Source: an uncultured Bacteroidales bacterium (lineage in GTDB: Bacteria > Bacteroidota > Bacteroidia > Bacteroidales > Muribaculaceae). From it: 48,207 bases of DNA. The notes beneath the pieces are model-generated. The model had not been told where the DNA came from and did not search any database. It was given only the letters and a program-made list of their open reading frames with translations. Positions 29,342 through 39,759 of this stretch are shown here, piece by piece. Within the stretch, counting starts at the first letter, position 1. Every line of letters starts with the position of its first letter. A program made the translations under genes and the position numbers. The stretch spans positions 1-48,207 of the forward strand of contig URNY01000001.1 of the NCBI GenBank assembly GCA_900549375.1. Reading direction: 5' to 3'.

Positions 29342-30571
29342 TTATTCGAATCTTTGTTTCATCACGTTGGCCGGCGGACGCAGGTTTTTCAGTTCGTTGG
29401 CCATGAAATCCATGTAGGGAGCGGCGTGTTCGAAAAATTGATGATAGCCGGCGCATAGGTAATTAAGACCCGGCTCGCCGTCGGCCGTAGTCGCAAACCG
29501 GTTTTTGGGGCATTCCCCGTTGCAGGCAAAAAGATACCTGCACTCGCGGCACTGTCGGGGAAGTTTCGCATATTTGTCGTTGCCGAATTTCTGCTGACGG
29601 TCGCTATACATCATTTCCACCAGCGAATGCGTGCGGATATTCCCGAGCTTATACTCCGGGAAAACGAAATGGTCGCAGGAATAGACATCGCCGTTATATT
29701 CCATCACTCCGGCATGGCCGCAGGTCCGGGCCATGCTGCATACGCCGGGTTGCTCTCCGACCCAGTTGGCGAGCGTCGCGTCGAAAATCTGGACAAAGTA
29801 TTCACCCACATCATTGCGCACCCATTCATCAAAGATTGTGCATAGAAAATTTCCCCACTGTTCGGGCGACACCGAAAAATCCGCCAGCGGAATATCCGGA
29901 GCATCCATCGGCGAGGCAAGGTACCGCCCGTCTTTACGGGGGATTATGCGCTCCACAATCGGAGTGAACTGAATGTAACGGCATTCAATCTCCTTGAAAA
30001 AATGGTAGAAATCAAGCGGATAATCACCATTGAAATCATTCACCACAGCGAGGGCATTCCATTCCACGCCATGCTTCTTCAGAAGGTCGATGCCATGCAT
30101 CACCTTACGGAACGACGGCGCGCCTATCCTGTTTTTGCGATACTCATCGTGGAATTCCTGCGGACCGTCGATCGAGACGCCCACAAGCCAGTTGTTATCC
30201 TTGAAAAAGCGGCACCACTCATCGTTGAGCAGCGTGCCGTTTGTCTGTATTGTATTGTCGATCACACTTCCACGCGCATACTTCTTCTGCAATTCCACCA
30301 CCCTCTTATAGAAAGAGAGCGGACGCATCAGCGACTCTCCGCCATGCCAGCAGAACAGCACCTGCGGCATCGTCTGCGATTCGATATACATCTCGATGAA
30401 TTTTTCCAGCACCTCATCGGTCATGATAAACCGCTTGTCGGGCTGCCGGTCCTTGTAGAGATTATTCTTCTCGAGATAATAGCAATATTTACATGCGAGG
30501 TTGCACGACGAGCCTGCGGCTTTGGTCATGACATACAGCGGACGAGCAAAAGGAGTCGATATATTTTCCAT
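29342..30571 (-). CDS. Anaerobic sulfatase-maturating radical SAM/SPASM enzyme (anSME)
   Basis: CNLACKYC, WHGGESL, SIDGP, GDVYSCDHF and C..C.....CNGECPKNR motifs. Confidence 0.93.
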   Translation of the reverse strand: MENISTPFARPLYVMTKAAGSSCNLACKYCYYLEKNNLYKDRQPDKRFIMTDEVLEKFIEMYIESQTMPQVLFCWHGGESLMRPLSFYKRVVELQKKYARGSVIDNTIQTNGTLLNDEWCRFFKDNNWLVGVSIDGPQEFHDEYRKNRIGAPSFRKVMHGIDLLKKHGVEWNALAVVNDFNGDYPLDFYHFFKEIECRYIQFTPIVERIIPRKDGRYLASPMDAPDIPLADFSVSPEQWGNFLCTIFDEWVRNDVGEYFVQIFDATLANWVGEQPGVCSMARTCGHAGVMEYNGDVYSCDHFVFPEYKLGNIRTHSLVEMMYSDRQQKFGNDKYAKLPRQCRECRYLFACNGECPKNRFATTADGEPGLNYLCAGYHQFFEHAAPYMDFMANELKNLRPPANVMKQRFE

Positions 30572-30573
30572 AT

Positions 30574-31608
30574 TTATAATACCGGTTTTATAGAGCCGTC
30601 TGGATTAAAACTCATTTTGTCTATGCAGACCTCACGGTGTATCCCAGGATGGTTGTCAATGAACTGCTTATTTATGCGATGATATACGATGCGCCATTCG
30701 TCAGTATCAGGAATATTTACCACGGAACAATGGCCCGTGCCGTAAATCTCTTTTTCGGGATTTTGCACGAGAATCACCGGATTTTCAGCCACCTTGACAT
30801 TGCCTAAGGGAGATTCGGCCGTGCCGTAAGCTATGTGATAGTTCGGCGAACCGGTGTCGTCGACAGACCATAGGAAGTAATATTTCCCATCTCGATAAAA
30901 GACATAAGGCGCTTCCCGGTAGGCGTAATCCTGAAGAGTGCCTCCCTCTGGTGTCATAACGGCCAAAGAGTTCTTTTTAATCGAGGTCATGTCATCATTC
31001 AGTTCCGCTCCCGCCATATAACCATTGCCCCAATAAAGATAATATTTACCTGAAACCGGATCCTGAAATACATCCACATCAATCTGTTGCCCGTGTCCGG
31101 TTGGGCTGTCAGTCACGATGGGTTCTCCGAAATCATGGAAAGGCCCCGTCGGGCTGTCTGCAACCGCCACGCCTATGACCTTCCTGTTGAGTTCAGGCGA
31201 ATGGGCGCTATAATAAAGGAAATATTTATAGAAGCCGTCATCATATTTGCGCTCTATGATGGCGGGAGCCCACGCATTTCCCGACGCCCACGGCACCTGC
31301 GGACCTTTGACATCCAGAACGATTCCCTCATTTACCCAATCCGACAGATTCTGTGATGAAAACGCGGTGAAATAATATCCTCCCCACCCGGGAGTGCCGT
31401 CAGTGGTAGAATAAATATAATATTTTCCGGTATTCTCCGAATATAATATTTCCGGATCGGCATGAAATTCGGGGAGAATTGGATTGTGTTTATTATCAGA
31501 AGCCGAATAAAAAAAGTCTTTGCCTTTGGAGGTTTCTGTTGCCGGACAGGCGACGAAATGACAAGCCAAGGTCAAAACTGCGGTGAAAAACAATTTGAAG
31601 TTTATCAT
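30574..31608 (-). CDS. GH43 glycoside hydrolase
   Basis: HADPEI, AWAP, IDVDVF, EAPYVF and GTGHCSV motifs; signal peptide. Confidence 0.9.
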   Translation of the reverse strand: MINFKLFFTAVLTLACHFVACPATETSKGKDFFYSASDNKHNPILPEFHADPEILYSENTGKYYIYSTTDGTPGWGGYYFTAFSSQNLSDWVNEGIVLDVKGPQVPWASGNAWAPAIIERKYDDGFYKYFLYYSAHSPELNRKVIGVAVADSPTGPFHDFGEPIVTDSPTGHGQQIDVDVFQDPVSGKYYLYWGNGYMAGAELNDDMTSIKKNSLAVMTPEGGTLQDYAYREAPYVFYRDGKYYFLWSVDDTGSPNYHIAYGTAESPLGNVKVAENPVILVQNPEKEIYGTGHCSVVNIPDTDEWRIVYHRINKQFIDNHPGIHREVCIDKMSFNPDGSIKPVL

Positions 31609-31964
31609 GTCTGTATTTATTACTTTCCGTGGATTTTGTCAAATTTAACCAAAACCTTTCGATTGTGCAAGGGCATTTTGGAAGAGTAAAATGAACGTTT
31701 ACCTATATTGTTTAGCCCGTCGATCAAAAGCCACAAATCTGATTTCTGAGTTTAGACTATGTTTCTTAAAATTTCGGATTAATTTTTCGTAATAAATTTT
31801 AAGGATTATGCCGGTTTTATCCGTATTAATTAAATTGCAGGATAATAAATATAAAACTTTTTCGATTGTTTACAAGACCAATAGAAGACGTATCTGGCCC
31901 ACAAACGTTCCTTTCAAGCCTGAGACCTCGAAATTTCAAAGTATAAACTCGAACCAATCACACA

Positions 31965-34346
31965 ATGCAAATATATAAGAAATCAATATCAGTAGCTTCT
32001 TTATTAATGGCTTCGGTTTTGATTACGTCGGCATCGGGGCGAAAGACGCTTTTCAATGATGGCTGGCAATTCAATCTGACGGACAGTCTGACGGTCGGAA
32101 TGCCGGTCGGCGCTATCGCCGACAGTCTCTGGCAGGACATAAGACTGCCGCACGACTGGAGCGTGACGCTGCCGTTTGACCGCAATGCCGCCCCGGGCAA
32201 TGACGGAGGCTACCTCCCTGCCGGAACGGCATGGTATAAAACGGATCTCAATTTGAAAAAACTTCCTTCTGATCGCAGGATAGAGCTATACTTCGAAGGG
32301 GTATATGAGAAATCCGAGGTATATGTAAACGGAAAACTTACCGGCGGCCATCCCTATGGCTATACATCTTTCTTTGTGGACATAACCCCTTTTCTGAAAA
32401 AGGGCGAGAATGAGATTGTGGTAAAAGCCGATAATTCCAATCAGAAGAACTGCCGATGGTACTCGGGGTCGGGCATTTACCGGAATGTATGGCTGATGGA
32501 AACACCCGCAATCCGTATTGCCAACCACGGCGTGGGAATTCAGACGCCGGATCTGAACACTGCCGAGATTTCCGTTAAAGTCGAGAACGGCTCCGACAAG
32601 GCGCGCCTTTTGAATGTCACGGCTGAAGTAGCAGGAGTCAGACGGACCAAATCCGTTGAAGTGGAACCGAAAACTGAGGAAACAGTCTCAATACCGCTAT
32701 CCGTCCCTAATGCCAAATCCTGGTCTCCGCAAACTCCCGATCTATACTACGCGCTGGTGAGCATAGACGAGAATGGAGATACAATTGACTCTGTGGCGCA
32801 GTGTTTTGGTTTCCGGACTTTAAGCTGGTCGGCCACCGACGGCTTCCGCCTCAATGGGGAACAGATACTGCTCAACGGAGGGTGCGTTCACCACGACAAC
32901 GGCATACTTGGGGCGGCTGCCTACGATCGGGCCGAACGACGTAAGGCCGAGATGCTAAAAGAGGCCGGCTTCAATGCGGTCCGCACTTCTCACAATATTC
33001 CCTCTGAGGCATTCCTCAATGCCTGCGATGAAATAGGACTGCTTGTCATTGACGAAGCATTCGACGGCTGGAGGGATGCGAAAAACAGTCATGACTATCA
33101 TCTGCTGTTCGATGAATGGGCGGCAAAAGATGTGGCGGCAATGGTGATGCGCGACCGCAACCACCCTTCTATAATTTGCTGGAGTATCGGCAATGAGATT
33201 ATCGAGCGCAAGAAGCCGCAGGCGGTAAAGGATGCCGCGATGCTTGCCGGAGTGTGCAGGTCGATCGATCCGGCTCGCCCGGTAACACAGGCTCTTGCCG
33301 CATGGGATCCGGATTGGGAGATTTATGACCCCCTTGCGGCCGAACACGACATTGTCGGCTACAATTATATGATTCACAAGGCGGAAGGAGACCATGACCG
33401 CGTACCCTCCCGCGTGATGATGCAGACCGAATCTTATCCTAAAGACGCATGGAACAACTATCGCATGGCGAAGGAGCATCCCTATGTCATAGGAGATTTT
33501 GTTTGGACCGCCATTGACTATATCGGAGAATCCGGCATAGGCAGATGGTATTATGAAGGTGAGGTGGAAGGAGAGCATTATCACCGTCCGCTCTACCCGT
33601 GGCACGCCGCATACTGTGGCGACATTGACCTTACGGGACTTCGCAAACCGATAAGCCATTACCGTTCAATGTTATGGAATGAAGAAGGCGAAAAGCTGTA
33701 TATCGCTGTGCGGGAACCGGATGGCTATAATGGTAAAATAAAAACCACATTGTGGGGGACATGGCCAACATTCGAGAGCTGGAACTGGAATGGGCATGAG
33801 GGGAAACCCATAGAAGTCGAAGTTTATTCCCGCTATCCAAAGGTGCGGCTTTATCAGAATGGGAATCTTGTGGAGGAGAAGGATGTCAATGAGATGAAAG
33901 CAACATTCACGGTGGATTACGCTCCCGGAAAAATCATAGCGGAGGGCATCGACGCCGGGAAAGTTATGGAAACCGTATCGTTGGAAACGGCCGGTGCCGT
34001 ATCAGATCTGAGACTTAAGGCCGACAGATATGAGATTAATGCCGACGGCCGGGATCTCGCATTCATAACAATTGAGTGTATCGACAGCGAGGGACGTCTT
34101 GTGCCGACAGCGGATAATTTTCTTACCGTAACCACCGATGGGCATCTCTCCCTTTTAGGCCTCGGAAACGCCGACATCAAGGATAAAGACCCCTACTTTG
34201 ACAATACCCATCGGGCATGGAAAGGGCGTGCCTTGGCGGTGGTTCGTAATGATGGAGAAACAGGGACTTCCACAATAAAAGTATCTGCCAAAACAAAAAA
34301 CGGAAAAATATTAAGCCGCGAAATAGTCATAAAGAGTAAAAAATAA
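31965..34346 (+). CDS. GH2 glycoside hydrolase (beta-galactosidase-like)
   Basis: LPHDWS, WYSGSGIYR, GFNAVRTSHN, RDRNHPSIICWSIGNE and GDFVWTAIDYIGE motifs. Confidence 0.93.
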   Translation: MQIYKKSISVASLLMASVLITSASGRKTLFNDGWQFNLTDSLTVGMPVGAIADSLWQDIRLPHDWSVTLPFDRNAAPGNDGGYLPAGTAWYKTDLNLKKLPSDRRIELYFEGVYEKSEVYVNGKLTGGHPYGYTSFFVDITPFLKKGENEIVVKADNSNQKNCRWYSGSGIYRNVWLMETPAIRIANHGVGIQTPDLNTAEISVKVENGSDKARLLNVTAEVAGVRRTKSVEVEPKTEETVSIPLSVPNAKSWSPQTPDLYYALVSIDENGDTIDSVAQCFGFRTLSWSATDGFRLNGEQILLNGGCVHHDNGILGAAAYDRAERRKAEMLKEAGFNAVRTSHNIPSEAFLNACDEIGLLVIDEAFDGWRDAKNSHDYHLLFDEWAAKDVAAMVMRDRNHPSIICWSIGNEIIERKKPQAVKDAAMLAGVCRSIDPARPVTQALAAWDPDWEIYDPLAAEHDIVGYNYMIHKAEGDHDRVPSRVMMQTESYPKDAWNNYRMAKEHPYVIGDFVWTAIDYIGESGIGRWYYEGEVEGEHYHRPLYPWHAAYCGDIDLTGLRKPISHYRSMLWNEEGEKLYIAVREPDGYNGKIKTTLWGTWPTFESWNWNGHEGKPIEVEVYSRYPKVRLYQNGNLVEEKDVNEMKATFTVDYAPGKIIAEGIDAGKVMETVSLETAGAVSDLRLKADRYEINADGRDLAFITIECIDSEGRLVPTADNFLTVTTDGHLSLLGLGNADIKDKDPYFDNTHRAWKGRALAVVRNDGETGTSTIKVSAKTKNGKILSREIVIKSKK

Positions 34347-34360
34347 ATAACCACACCCAA

Positions 34361-35881
34361 ATGTTACATATAATCCAATCTGCAAGCAAAACAATCCCGT
34401 TGGCAATTCTTTGCGCTGTTTTCTCGTATGCAAATGCCACCACAGTGACAAGATATACGACCGTGGACGGAAAACCCTGGAATGAAGCCAAAGTAAAGCT
34501 TTCCGCAACGCCTGCTTCCGGCCATGTGGTGTCGGTTGTCGATTCTTCCGAGGGAACGCCTCTCAAAGCATGGGGCACCACCTTCAATGAACTTGACTGG
34601 GATGCCCTGCTGATGCTTACCCGTGTTGAACAGGACGAAATCATGCACAATCTTTTCGCCCCTGACGGAGATCTTAAATTCACACGAGGCCGTATCTCGA
34701 TGAACTGTAACGATTATGGCCGTTCTTGGTACAGTTGCGATGAAGTGGCGGGAGATTTTGAGCTCAGACATTTCAACATCGAGCGCGACAAACGCAGTAT
34801 AATCCCTCTCGTAAGAGCAGCGCAGCGATACAATCCAGAGCTTACATTCTGGATTTCCCCCTGGAGTCCTCCGAGCTGGATGAAAATCAATCATGACTAT
34901 CCGGTAGTGAGCAGCAAGCATAATGACGCAGATTCAAGGGTAGATTATCTGCTGTATGGTTCTGTCGATGGAATTGACGAGGATGAGATGAAATTTCTTG
35001 GTGAACGAAACGGCAAATTCCCTCGCAAACTTGCCACGCAGGACTATTTCATTCAGGACCCGCGCTATTTACAGGCATATGCCAATTATTTCTGCAAATT
35101 CATTGATGAATACGGCAAACAAGGCATACCTGTCGATATGGTGATTTATCAAAATGAAGCATATAGCTATACCCCATATCCCGGCTGCCCGTGGACCGCA
35201 GAGGGCACTATCCGGTTTAACCGCGATTATCTTGCCCCGGCACTCAGAAAAAACCATCCGGAGGTGAAGCTTTATATCGGGACCTTCAATACCAACCGTC
35301 AGGATCATGTGGAAAAAGTGCTTGGCGACGCCGGTTTGCGTGATTGTATTGACGGAGTTGCCTTTCAATGGGAAGGACGTGAGATCCTGCCGGAGATACG
35401 CAGGCAATATCCGGATTTCCACTATATCTGCTCGGAAAGCGAGTGTGGCAATGGTTCGATGGACTGGAAAGCCGGCGAACATACATTTTTCCTGATAGCG
35501 GATAATATGGGCAACGGTTGCGACGAATGGTATAATTGGAATTTCCTTCTCCCCGACAATGGAGAAAGTCCGTGGGGCTGGAGACAGAACGCACTGATTC
35601 AGGTTGATTCCAAGACAAGAAAATTCCGTTATACCCCCGAATATTATGCCGTGAAACATTTCACAAATCATATCGTTCCGGGCAGCAGGATGATCGGATA
35701 CTGGCCTCGCAGCGAAGGGCACAATTTAATAACGATAGCCTTCGTCACCCCCGATAACAAAACTGTTGTTGTATCCGGCAATTTCGAAGATACCTTGCAA
35801 CCCATCTCTGTGAAAGTAGGAAACAAGTATCTCAACCAATCCCTTCAACCCCATTCTTTCAATACTTTCATCATAAAGTAG
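34361..35881 (+). CDS. GH30 glycoside hydrolase
   Basis: SPWSPPSWMK, QNE acid/base and SESECG nucleophile regions, YYAVKHF. Confidence 0.87.
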   Translation: MLHIIQSASKTIPLAILCAVFSYANATTVTRYTTVDGKPWNEAKVKLSATPASGHVVSVVDSSEGTPLKAWGTTFNELDWDALLMLTRVEQDEIMHNLFAPDGDLKFTRGRISMNCNDYGRSWYSCDEVAGDFELRHFNIERDKRSIIPLVRAAQRYNPELTFWISPWSPPSWMKINHDYPVVSSKHNDADSRVDYLLYGSVDGIDEDEMKFLGERNGKFPRKLATQDYFIQDPRYLQAYANYFCKFIDEYGKQGIPVDMVIYQNEAYSYTPYPGCPWTAEGTIRFNRDYLAPALRKNHPEVKLYIGTFNTNRQDHVEKVLGDAGLRDCIDGVAFQWEGREILPEIRRQYPDFHYICSESECGNGSMDWKAGEHTFFLIADNMGNGCDEWYNWNFLLPDNGESPWGWRQNALIQVDSKTRKFRYTPEYYAVKHFTNHIVPGSRMIGYWPRSEGHNLITIAFVTPDNKTVVVSGNFEDTLQPISVKVGNKYLNQSLQPHSFNTFIIK

Positions 35882-35884
35882 GCT

Positions 35885-36085
35885 GTTTCCCCTTTTTTTC
35901 GACCATAGTTTTGTCATGTCTTCGAGCGTCCTGCCTTTGGTTTCGGGAACAAGCCTATAGACAAATATCGCCGCCACTACGCATATCACTCCATACATGG
36001 CATATACGAAGCAATGGCCGAATTTGTCGCCAATGCTCATGTTATAGAGCGACACGAAAGTGGAAGATAGTATGAAATTGACATT
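35885..36085 (-). pseudogene. C-terminal remnant of a sugar porter (XylE-like) MFS transporter
   Basis: NFILSSTF...YGVICVVAAIFVYRLVPETKGRTLEDMTKLW (PETKG motif); only the last two TM helices survive. Confidence 0.8.
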
Positions 36086-36174
36086 CCCAAAGAGTTCTCG
36101 TCGGTTTCTCTCACCTTACAATTAATTTTCAAAGGATTATGAGAAGATTAACCGTCAAGCATATGATTGAAGAG

Positions 36175-36954
36175 TTATACGAACATCTGAATATACAGCA
36201 TACACATTACTCCGACAACGAGTGCATACGTGGAGTATTTTTCAAATCCATGACTATGCGTTTCCGGTATCATCTCGTCACTTATCACATAAAGCATGGC
36301 GCCCCCGGCAAGAGCTGTTATCGTCGGCAGTAGAACAGATGATATATCACCTATAAAATAGCCTAAGAACACTCCGAGCATTTCCATCAACGCCACAGCC
36401 ACACTCACACCGACTACCCTCAGATAACTGACACCAATCATCAGCAATGGAGCGACGACAACCATTCCTTCCGGTATGTTTTGTAATGCTATGGTTATCG
36501 CGACTGTGTATGCATTGCCCATATCATTGCCGTCAAATACAACACCCGTTGCGAGTCCCTCCGGAAATTTATGGATTGCGATAGCCATCACAAATAATAA
36601 TATCCTGTCTATACTTCTGTTGGTCGTGACGTGCGGTTCTTCTTTGTCCGGATTACTCTCAAGACCCGTGAGATGATGCAGATGCGGAGTGATTCTATCA
36701 AGGAGAGCAACAAGAAGTACACCCAACGCCACGCCGGTAAGGGGTTGCCACCATTTGCTTTGTCCCGCCATTTCCACAGCAGGTATAATCAGGCAGACTA
36801 ATGAGGCTGTAAGCATCATTCCGGCACAAAAGCCAAGAAATATATCGTTCCAGCGATGAGGAATTCTCCTCACCACCAAGCCGATCGTTGAACCAAGCAA
36901 TGATGCAAGTCCAAGGCCCACGGAACATATAAGCATTTGCTGGAATACAGTCAT
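36175..36954 (-). CDS. ZIP (ZupT/GufA) family metal transporter
   Basis: GFCAGMML, AIAIHKFPEGLA, QNIPEG and GGAMLYVISDEMIPETH motifs. Confidence 0.9.
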   Translation of the reverse strand: MTVFQQMLICSVGLGLASLLGSTIGLVVRRIPHRWNDIFLGFCAGMMLTASLVCLIIPAVEMAGQSKWWQPLTGVALGVLLVALLDRITPHLHHLTGLESNPDKEEPHVTTNRSIDRILLFVMAIAIHKFPEGLATGVVFDGNDMGNAYTVAITIALQNIPEGMVVVAPLLMIGVSYLRVVGVSVAVALMEMLGVFLGYFIGDISSVLLPTITALAGGAMLYVISDEMIPETHSHGFEKYSTYALVVGVMCMLYIQMFV

Positions 36955-37027
36955 ATGAAAAGTCTGAATGATGATTAAAAGACAGTTGACTGTTGCCAAT
37001 TCGGCAACTCTGCATCGCCGATCTCAA

Positions 37028-37143
37028 TCAAATTAAATTCTCCACATATGAGAAAACCACGTTGTCCTCATATTCCATGTGTTTTCTCACATCCTGCATA
37101 TAGCCTTCATAAAATTTCAATATGAACAACGCTATTTCAGAAG
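37028..37143 (-). pseudogene. Fragment resembling Bacteroidetes hemerythrin-like domain protein
   Basis: Manual translation SEIALFILKFYEGYMQDVRKHMEYEDNVVFSYVENLI* with an HxxxE-x3-F pattern. Confidence 0.5.
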
Positions 37144-37309
37144 TATTTGTTTGTTGTATTTTTCCGGTTGTAAAATTACAGACTTTGTATGAAATGCGCC
37201 ATACCTAAATTTAGTGAAATTTGATCTATCTTCCCATCTTAGACCTCGTTCCTTACAGAATCTTTGATGCATGGACTTTTAAGAAATAAGTAGCTAAGAA
37301 AAATTCTGT

Positions 37310-37647
37310 TAACAGCGTCTTTTGTATAAGAGTCACTATAAAGGAAAACACGTTTTCCTGCAAGCATATCAACGTTCAGATTCAGGTTCAACGGTTCAGA
37401 GGTTGCGTTTACGCCGGCAAAATACCAGTCTTTGCTGTGTCTCCGGGCGAGTACAACATATTTTCCGGCATACCGTCAACCAGTCGCGTCTCATCCCATC
37501 CGCGCGGTAATGTGCAGCCGTGGAAGATAACCATCAGCCCGTATTCATTGGCATCCGACAGAATGTCCTCATAGAGCCTCATGGCCTCCTGCTTGTCCCC
37601 TCCGAAGAAATCAACCTTTATACCCTTGACGCCATTGTCTCGCATCC
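37310..37647 (-). pseudogene. GH97 glycoside hydrolase remnant (truncated, internally deleted, frameshifted)
   Basis: GVKGIKVDFF and VIFHGCTLPRGW joined directly to WDETRLVDG; a shifted frame then gives KYVVLARRHSKDWYFAGVNA. Confidence 0.8.
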
Positions 37648-37897
37648 GATATAAGACGCAGCGGTCTTTGAGTCAATTTTCATCTTTTGCACGGATTCAA
37701 GTGTATGGGCAATCCGTGATGGATTGGTGAGTGAGCCGATTGCGCTACATAATGAAGTTGCCCGACGAGACAGAGCAAGGTCGTTTTTCACTTTGTTACG
37801 CTCTATAACATCGTCAATATAAGTCTTATCCCATAAAGACTGGAGATAGTTTATTTTTTGCTCGTTATCCTGATAGTGGATAAGCCGGGACATACCG
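37645..37897 (-). pseudogene. Internal fragment of an AAA_14/DUF4143 ATPase
   Basis: KINYLQSLWDKTYIDDVIERNKVKN...CSAIGSLTNPSRIA...TAASYI. Confidence 0.7.
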
Positions 37898-38236
37898 TCA
37901 GAGCATGGCGGCAATCTGTTTTTCAACGGCAGTGCGTATAAAAGAATTGATTGAAACGCCTGCTTGTTTGGCAAGATATGCCACACGGGTATGGATTTCT
38001 GGAGTAAGGCGCACATTCAGCGAGCCGGAATAGCTTTTGTGGGGTTCGATGCCTTCTTCGGCGCAATAGGCAAGGTAATCATCCACCGCCTCATGAAAGG
38101 CGGTGGTGAGTTAGGCAACGCTTTCGCCCTCAAAGTTCACAAGTCCGTCGATACCTTCGATTTTACCGAAAAATACGCCGTCTGCCTCGCTGAATGCAAC
38201 CGAACCGATAAAATCCTTATATTTCAATGTATTCAT
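37898..38236 (-). pseudogene. hicB: HicB antitoxin with internal TAA at 38111-38113
   Basis: MNTLKYKDFIGSVAFSEADGVFFGKIEGIDGLVNFEGESVA*LTTAFHEAVDDYL...KSYSGSLNVRLTPEIH. Confidence 0.88.
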
Positions 38237-38271
38237 ATCAGTCCTTCGTTTTTAAGATAATCATAAACCTG
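38233..38271 (-). pseudogene. Last about 12 codons of a probable HicA toxin gene
   Basis: QVYDYLKNEGLI* ends in an ATGA overlap with the hicB start; the rest is absent because the upstream ATPase gene ends 22 nt away. Confidence 0.5.
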
Positions 38272-38293
38272 CTATATTGCAAATAGTTAAGTA

Positions 38294-39532
38294 TCAAAAA
38301 TTTTGTATTGCTGTCACCAATATTGCGATTTCTTTCCACTCGATTTTTTCTTCTTGGTCGTTAGTGATGACAAGGAGGTTGTCGCAGTGGAGTTCTTCGG
38401 CAGCTTCGGTGAGGGCATCGAGTTCGCGTTTGCGGGTTTTCTCGGAGGTCATATCGTAGCAGACCTGTATCAGTTGCTCTACTTTTGCACCTTTACGGGT
38501 GACGAAGTCAATCTCTTTGTCGTTGCGGGTACGGTAATAGAATAGCGTTTGACCGGGGATATAGCCACGACGCAAGAGTTCTACAAAGACTTGATTTTCC
38601 AACAGTCTGCCGAGGTTTTCACTTAGATTGAACGCTATGCTTTGCACAAAACCGTTGTCAACGACATATACCTTTTTCGGAGCCTTGTTCATCAGTTTCA
38701 ACTTGTTGTTGAAGCGTGGCAAATAGAAGAATAGGTAAGGCTCGTTGAGATAGTCGCAGAATTTCTTTGTAGTCGCCACACTTGACATACCAAGTTCACC
38801 TGCAAGTTCGTTAGCAGAAATCGGATTGCAAAAATTTGACAACAGATAGGTGGCAAGGTTGTATAGGTCGGACGTGTTTCTTACGTTGTGACGCTGGGCG
38901 ACATCTTTCAGCAGGATTGAATCAAACAGTGTGGAAAGATAGCTTTTGGTTATACTACGAGCCGGGATTGTTTCAGGATACCCGCCGTTTCGCATATAGT
39001 CATCAGCCAGCATTATTGCCTGTGCAGCCTGTTCCTCCCGGTCGGGGCTGATGTTTTTCCAACTCATGGTTTCTTCAAGGCTGAAAGGCAACATCTCAAT
39101 CTGGAGATAACGCCCCGTTAGAACAGTCGCCATTTCACTGCTCAACATTTTTGCATTACTACCGGTTATTATCAAATTTTTTCCGCGACGGTAGAGTTTG
39201 CTTACCCACAAATCCCAATCCGGAAGATTCTGAATTTCATCGAGCAGCATGAAATCATAGTCGGGATAGACATCATCAAGTGCTGACATTGCCAAATCCT
39301 CGTCCCATTTTTCAAGCAATTGATTATCGTCAAAATTGAGGTATGCAAAATTCTTGCCTTGCAACATCAACAGAGCAAAAACAGATTTTCCTACGCGACG
39401 AGGACCGGTTATAAGTTTTATAAGCGGGTTCTGCAAAAGTTCATCAGCGTAATACTTGGTATGTCGTTGCTGATAAGGACGCGATAACAATTCGTCGCGC
39501 TCCATCCGCTGATTGAGTATCGTTGTTTTCAT
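38294..39532 (-). CDS. AAA_14 / DUF4143 ATP-binding protein
   Basis: GPRRVGKS, LLDEIQN, TGSN, GGYPE, KVYVVDNGF, ENQVF and KEIDFV motifs. Confidence 0.9.
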   Translation of the reverse strand: MKTTILNQRMERDELLSRPYQQRHTKYYADELLQNPLIKLITGPRRVGKSVFALLMLQGKNFAYLNFDDNQLLEKWDEDLAMSALDDVYPDYDFMLLDEIQNLPDWDLWVSKLYRRGKNLIITGSNAKMLSSEMATVLTGRYLQIEMLPFSLEETMSWKNISPDREEQAAQAIMLADDYMRNGGYPETIPARSITKSYLSTLFDSILLKDVAQRHNVRNTSDLYNLATYLLSNFCNPISANELAGELGMSSVATTKKFCDYLNEPYLFFYLPRFNNKLKLMNKAPKKVYVVDNGFVQSIAFNLSENLGRLLENQVFVELLRRGYIPGQTLFYYRTRNDKEIDFVTRKGAKVEQLIQVCYDMTSEKTRKRELDALTEAAEELHCDNLLVITNDQEEKIEWKEIAILVTAIQNF

Positions 39533-39724
39533 TACAGTCCGTTTTAGACTGCAAATATAGCGTTTTTTATTCAATTAAATCGTTGTATTGAATAAAATAG
39601 AACTTATTTTGTTCAGTGAACCATAAGGTGTTGACATTTTCAGATTATGTAAACTTTTTGCCTGAAAAAATGATATGCACCGGAAAAATCCGCTGACCCA
39701 TTTTTTGTGGTTTAGGCAAAAATA

Positions 39725-39759
39725 AAAATCACTGAAAATGCTTGATTTTCAGTGATTTT
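39725..39759. repeat. Inverted repeat next to the putative att site (terminator-like)
   Basis: AAAATCACTGAAAAT-GCTTG-ATTTTCAGTGATTTT, with an alternative partner GTGATTTTTATT at 39769-39780. Confidence 0.65.

Noticed and set aside
37618..38016. 132-aa ORF as a real fusion protein
   Set aside because: It is a chimeric read across an alternate hicB frame, an ATPase fragment and the GH97 remnant.
12255..38113. Stop-codon reassignment or programmed readthrough explaining three in-frame stops (tolC TAG, susC TGA, hicB TAA)
   Set aside because: The three stops are different codons, each one substitution from the expected sense codon, and all three serve as normal stops elsewhere in the window. 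Point mutation or sequence error is simpler.
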